From the NCBI GenBank assembly GCA_012840125.1, contig DULZ01000022.1, positions 19,150 to 83,149 of the forward strand: a stretch of DNA of 64,000 nt, written 5' to 3'. Position 1 is the first letter of the stretch. Each line of letters begins with the position of its first letter. The position numbers and the translations under genes are program-made. The notes beneath the pieces are model-generated. The model saw only the letters and a list, made by a program, of their open reading frames with translations, did no database searches and was not told the origin of the DNA. Positions 60,031 through 64,000 of this stretch are shown here, piece by piece. Source of the DNA: Clostridia bacterium. GTDB taxonomy: Bacteria > Bacillota > DULZ01.

Positions 60031-62289
60031 ATGCTCCGGGAGTTGGTGGGGCAGGATTCATGGGTGCCCGCTGCGAATTTTTATATGTTGCAGCAAGAGC
60101 TGTGGCCGGAGGTGGAAGGCATGGAAGCAACTGTTCTGACCGGTACCGTAAAACATATCGTCTATCAATCCGAGGACGGCACCTTCACCGTGGCTCGTTT
60201 CAAGACCGGTGAGGAGACCATCACCATTGTCGGTGCCCTTTGCGGGGTCCAGAAAGAGCAGGAGCTCCGCATCTGGGGCACGCCGAAGACTCATCCTAAA
60301 TACGGGGATCAGCTCCAAGTGGAACGGTTTGAAGTGCTGCTGCCTTCCGGCCGGGAGCAGCTGATCGATTACCTGGTTTCCCATGTCAAACACGTGGGTG
60401 AGAAAAGAGCCGCCGCCATCGTCGAGGCATTAGGGGAAGAATGCCTGAAAGTCATCGTGGAACAAGGGCCCGGCGCCCTGGCGGGGGTGCAGGGGATTAG
60501 TGAGGAGCTGGCGGCGGAAATCTACCAAACCCTGGCCAACAACCTGGAACTCCAGTATGTATTGTCCGCGCTGCTGCCCTACGGGCTGACCGCCAATATG
60601 GTGGTAAAAGCCTATCAAGCGTGGGGCTTTAGCGCTGTGAGTGCCGTCAAGGAGAATCCTTATTTACTGGCGGAGATTACTTCCATCGGCTTTTTCCGGG
60701 CGGACCTTATTGCTAAGAACCTGGGGATCCCGGCCGATGCCGCCATCAGGCTGCAAGCGGCTTTAAAGCACCTGCTGATGGAGGCGGAAGGACAAGGTCA
60801 TTGTTTCTTGCCCAGGGAGGAGCTGTTGACGCGGATGCAGTCTCTCCTCAACCAAAGAGATGAGACTTTGCGGCACAAACACCGGGAGGCACTGGAGGTG
60901 CTGCTGTTTAACCGGGAACTGGCGGGAGAGGGGGATAGAGTGTACCTGCGGCGCCTCTATGAGGCGGAGGAAAGAGTAGCCCGGCAGGTCAAAAGGCTGT
61001 GCTATCCCAAGCCCACGGCGTCGCCGGAAAAAGTCCTGGAGTGCGTGGAACTATATGAAGCGGAAACCGGCCTCGCCCTGGCGGAGGAGCAGATAGCCGC
61101 GGTGCGGGCGGTGATGGAAACGGGGCTTTGCATCCTGACCGGCGGCCCCGGGACGGGCAAGACGTTAACCGTCAACGCGGTCATTACGGTGCTGCGCATG
61201 CTGCAGGAAGACGCTAAAGTAATCCTCGCCAGCCCCACCGGTCGGGCCAGCCAGAACCTGGCGGAGGTGACCGGGGAGGAGGCGGGCACCATCCACCGGC
61301 TCCTGGGGATTCGCCCGGGCGAAGGCCTGGAGCATGATGCCTCCAACCCCTTGGACTGCGATCTGCTGGTGGTGGATGAGGTGTCCATGCTGGATATTTC
61401 CCTGGCAGCCATGCTGTTTGACGCCGTAGACCCGGTGAAAACCCGGGTGCTGCTGGTGGGCGATGCGGACCAGCTGCCCAGTGTGGGACCGGGTAACGTC
61501 CTCCAGGATTTGATTGCAGCCGGGGTCCCCACTGTGCGGCTCAGCCACATTTTCCGGCAAGCGGCTTCCAGCCAGATTGTCAGCAACGCCCACCGGGTCA
61601 ACCGGGGGGAAAGCTTGATCATTGACCCCGGCAAAGGAGACTTCTATTTTCTAGAGCATGACGATCCGGAGGCTATCGCCCTCATCATTAAGAAGGCGGC
61701 CTTGAAGTTTCTGGAACTGGGGTACGGTCTCAAGGACCTGCAGGTGCTGTCCCCCATGCACAAGGGGCCCATCGGTACCAAAGCCCTGAACCGGATTTTG
61801 CAGGAAGCATTAAACCCGCCCCATCCCCAGGCCAGGCAAGTGCAAGTGGGACAGGAGGTGTACCGGGAAGGGGACCGGGTGATGCAGCTCAAGAATAATT
61901 ACCAGAAACAAGTCTTCAACGGGGATGTGGGCTTCATTAGAGAGATAGTCTTGCCCGATCCGGAAGCGGGACTGGATTTGGAAGTGCTGGTGGAAATACG
62001 GGGGGAAATGGTGCCCTATACCAGGGATGAGATTTTAGAGGAGTTGTCCCTGGCCTACTGCATGACGGTGCACAAAGCCCAGGGGGGAGAAGTGCCCGTT
62101 GTGATCATGCCGGTCAGCACCCAGCATTACATCATGCTGGCCAGGAATCTGCTATATACCGCCATTACCCGGGCCAAAGAGAAAGTGGTACTGGTGGGCA
62201 CCAGGCGCGCGCTGGCCAGGGCTATCGCCAACAACAAAACGACCCTCAGGTATACCGCACTGGCGGAGAAGATACGATCATTTGCCTAA
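60031..62289 (+). CDS. recD2: RecD2-type ATP-dependent DNA helicase (RecD/TraA family)
   Basis: Walker A GGPGTGKT, helicase motifs (LVVDEVSM, VLLVGDADQLPSVG) and an N-terminal OB/HhH region. Confidence 0.8.
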   Translation: MLRELVGQDSWVPAANFYMLQQELWPEVEGMEATVLTGTVKHIVYQSEDGTFTVARFKTGEETITIVGALCGVQKEQELRIWGTPKTHPKYGDQLQVERFEVLLPSGREQLIDYLVSHVKHVGEKRAAAIVEALGEECLKVIVEQGPGALAGVQGISEELAAEIYQTLANNLELQYVLSALLPYGLTANMVVKAYQAWGFSAVSAVKENPYLLAEITSIGFFRADLIAKNLGIPADAAIRLQAALKHLLMEAEGQGHCFLPREELLTRMQSLLNQRDETLRHKHREALEVLLFNRELAGEGDRVYLRRLYEAEERVARQVKRLCYPKPTASPEKVLECVELYEAETGLALAEEQIAAVRAVMETGLCILTGGPGTGKTLTVNAVITVLRMLQEDAKVILASPTGRASQNLAEVTGEEAGTIHRLLGIRPGEGLEHDASNPLDCDLLVVDEVSMLDISLAAMLFDAVDPVKTRVLLVGDADQLPSVGPGNVLQDLIAAGVPTVRLSHIFRQAASSQIVSNAHRVNRGESLIIDPGKGDFYFLEHDDPEAIALIIKKAALKFLELGYGLKDLQVLSPMHKGPIGTKALNRILQEALNPPHPQARQVQVGQEVYREGDRVMQLKNNYQKQVFNGDVGFIREIVLPDPEAGLDLEVLVEIRGEMVPYTRDEILEELSLAYCMTVHKAQGGEVPVVIMPVSTQHYIMLARNLLYTAITRAKEKVVLVGTRRALARAIANNKTTLRYTALAEKIRSFA

Positions 62290-62360
62290 TTGCTTGACGG
62301 GGCAAAAAGTATTACAATTTTAAAGGAAAAGTTTGCTAGCAGCCTAAGGAGGTTTTGCGG

Positions 62361-62882
62361 GTGCGGTCTAAGAGTATATGGCGCGACTGGATTCTACCAT
62401 TAATCGTGGCCGTGGTCCTGGCGCTGACCATTAGAACCTTTGTGGCGGAAGCCAGGTATATCAATTCCGAATCCATGGTGCCTACTTTGCGGGTTAACGA
62501 CCGGGTCTTTGTGGACAAGATATTTTATAAAATGAAGGGCATCGAAAGGCAGGATGTTATTATCTTCGCCCCGCCGCCCCAAGCCCATACCAGGGACGAC
62601 TACATCAAGCGCGTCCTCGGCCTGCCCGGTGATGAAGTGGAAATCAGGGACGGGATGCTGTTCATCAACGGGGAAGCGGTGGAAGAAATCTATCTCGCGG
62701 AACCCATGGAAGGGAGCTACGGGCCGGTGGTGGTGCCGGAAGGACAGTTCTTCGTACTGGGGGACAACCGGAATAATTCCAGTGACAGCCGGGCCTGGGG
62801 ATTTGTGCCCATAGAAAACGTCAAAGGGAAAGCCATCCTGCGTTTCTATCCCTTCGAACGCTTCGGCATCTTAAGTAAATAG
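62361..62882 (+). CDS. lepB: signal peptidase I (S26)
   Basis: SESMVPTL catalytic Ser box, KRVLGLPGD Lys box and GDNRNNSSDSR box. Confidence 0.8.
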   Translation: MRSKSIWRDWILPLIVAVVLALTIRTFVAEARYINSESMVPTLRVNDRVFVDKIFYKMKGIERQDVIIFAPPPQAHTRDDYIKRVLGLPGDEVEIRDGMLFINGEAVEEIYLAEPMEGSYGPVVVPEGQFFVLGDNRNNSSDSRAWGFVPIENVKGKAILRFYPFERFGILSK

Positions 62883-62935
62883 CTGAAATTAGTATAAAGG
62901 CCTCCTCATTCATTCATACTAAAGAAAAGTAAGGT

Positions 62936-63970
62936 ATGCAATGCAATGGAAAGGAGGCATTTATTATTTTTATGCGCAGGAAACTATGGCTCTTGTTTTT
63001 TGTATTAGTGCTCTTGATCCCCTTAACTGTGGGCTGCCGGCAAGCGGCGAATGAGATCCGAGAAGAGCAGCAGCAAACGGAAGAGCAGCAGCAGGAAGAC
63101 CATACCCAGGCCATCCGGGAGGAATGGTCCAAGAGCGCCCATGCGGTGGCGACCAATGCCCAGGAGGAGAATTCGCCGGCCAAACGAGATGAATGCATGA
63201 GATGCCATAATGGCCAGGCTTATGTCAAGCAGGTTACCTCCGCGGATGAGTTGAATGTGGATGAACCGGTGGGACAGGATTGTGATACTTGCCACAGCGG
63301 TCATGGTAAAGAGGTCTGGGCCTCTGGTCTGGTAACACTGCCGGCGGGGGAAGTCAGGGATGGGGGCGGTGCTCTTTGCATGGATTGCCACAATGCCCGC
63401 AAAACCCCGGATCCGGAGAACCGACCTGCCCCTCACTCTTCCGCGGAAGCAGATATTGTGATTGGTACCAACGGCTATCATGTGGAAGGAGTTACTTACA
63501 GCTCGTCTCCCCATACGGCGGTCAAAGACACTTGCTTTGGCTGTCACATGGCCGATTTAGGCGGGGGCTATCCCAGCCATACCTTTAAAGCCGATGTGAA
63601 GCCTTGCCAATCCTGTCACCAGGGCATCAGCGACATCAACATGAAGGCGAAAGCTGACTATGACGGGGACGGCTCCATCGAAGGTTTCCAGGAGGAAGTA
63701 GACGGTTTACTGAAGCTCTTGCATGACACCATCGAAGCGGAACTGGACGGGGGTACTTTCTCCACCGGTCACGGGCAGATCGTCTTTACCGATAAAGACG
63801 GCAATGAAATGAGTGAAGTGTCACCGGACCTGTATCATGCTGCCTGGAACTATTACCTGGTGATGAATGACGGCAGCAGGGGTATTCACAACCCCGTTTA
63901 CGTGGTACAGCTGCTGCAGCAATCCGTCCTCATGTTGGGCGGGGACCTAAAGGACGCCAAGCAGTTGTAA
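62936..63970 (+). CDS. pentaheme c-type cytochrome lipoprotein
   Basis: Five CxxCH motifs (CMRCH, CDTCH, CMDCH, CFGCH, CQSCH). Signal peptide plus lipobox LTVGC. The alternative start is ATG 62972. Confidence 0.75.
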   Translation: MQCNGKEAFIIFMRRKLWLLFFVLVLLIPLTVGCRQAANEIREEQQQTEEQQQEDHTQAIREEWSKSAHAVATNAQEENSPAKRDECMRCHNGQAYVKQVTSADELNVDEPVGQDCDTCHSGHGKEVWASGLVTLPAGEVRDGGGALCMDCHNARKTPDPENRPAPHSSAEADIVIGTNGYHVEGVTYSSSPHTAVKDTCFGCHMADLGGGYPSHTFKADVKPCQSCHQGISDINMKAKADYDGDGSIEGFQEEVDGLLKLLHDTIEAELDGGTFSTGHGQIVFTDKDGNEMSEVSPDLYHAAWNYYLVMNDGSRGIHNPVYVVQLLQQSVLMLGGDLKDAKQL

Positions 63971-64000
63971 ATGAGAAAGGGCTGCTTTTATGCAAGCAGT

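Noticed and set aside
1-64000. Searched for CRISPR arrays, IS elements, integrases and prophage genes
   Set aside because: No repeat-spacer periodicity, no transposase/integrase/recombinase-like ORFs, and no phage structural genes found. The only mobility hint is compositional (the islet at 25.6-27.2 kb and the element at 37.5-38.2 kb).

Overview
This 64 kb window is a chromosomal segment of a Gram-positive-type strict anaerobe (Clostridia/Peptococcaceae-like), about 55% GC, with GGAGG-type ribosome-binding sites and dense operons. No transposase, integrase or CRISPR array was found. I worked from motifs and synteny I recognised by eye and ran no searches. The ORF track allows non-ATG starts and often over-extends N-termini, so several starts were re-called from RBS spacing; coordinates may be off by a few nucleotides.

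Gene content, left to right:
- An anaerobic purine/urate catabolism cluster: SsnA-like amidohydrolase (5' truncated), a single-chain 2Fe-2S plus molybdopterin hydroxylase, an NCS2 nucleobase permease, a GntR regulator, the YgeY-like M20 hydrolase and the YgeW-like knotted carbamoyltransferase.
- A tandem glycine riboswitch with a terminator platform, feeding the complete glycine reductase operon grdX-trxB-trxA-grdE-grdA-grdB-grdC-grdD. grdA and grdB each carry an in-frame UGA selenocysteine codon that the ORF track split into two pieces.
- An arsR-acr3-arsM arsenic operon.
- A membrane-anchored CapA-like metallophosphatase fused to a VanX-type D-Ala-D-Ala dipeptidase.
- A rubredoxin gene missed by the ORF track, plus UspA, PlsY and a class-V aminotransferase.
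- A low-GC islet holding one orphan 280-aa protein directly upstream of tRNA-Ala(CGC).
- A TPP-riboswitch-controlled thiM-thiE-HAD-thiD operon.
- A thiolase / SDR / family-III CoA-transferase operon behind a sigma-54 promoter, followed by a CBS-PAS sigma-54 activator.
- MscS; an about 0.8 kb AT-rich noncoding element ending in a terminator upstream of a BASS-family transporter; tRNA-Val(CAC); HD-domain protein; 2-Cys peroxiredoxin; D-TA-family PLP enzyme; MFS transporter; class-C-like serine hydrolase.
- A three-gene set of a hypothetical protein, a degenerate I-TevI-like GIY-YIG protein and a lipoprotein; a cupin; a decayed MCP pseudogene; a DtxR-family regulator; an AbrB-type protein.
- A giant (about 2870 aa) cyclic beta-1,2-glucan synthase-like protein.
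- A Cys-rich protein plus rubrerythrin-like pair, RecD2 helicase, signal peptidase I and a pentaheme c-type cytochrome lipoprotein.

The best candidates for something undescribed are the low-GC orphan gene beside tRNA-Ala, the AT-rich terminator-ended noncoding element upstream of the BASS transporter, and the hypothetical / degenerate-GIY-YIG / lipoprotein cluster. None can be assigned a function from sequence alone.
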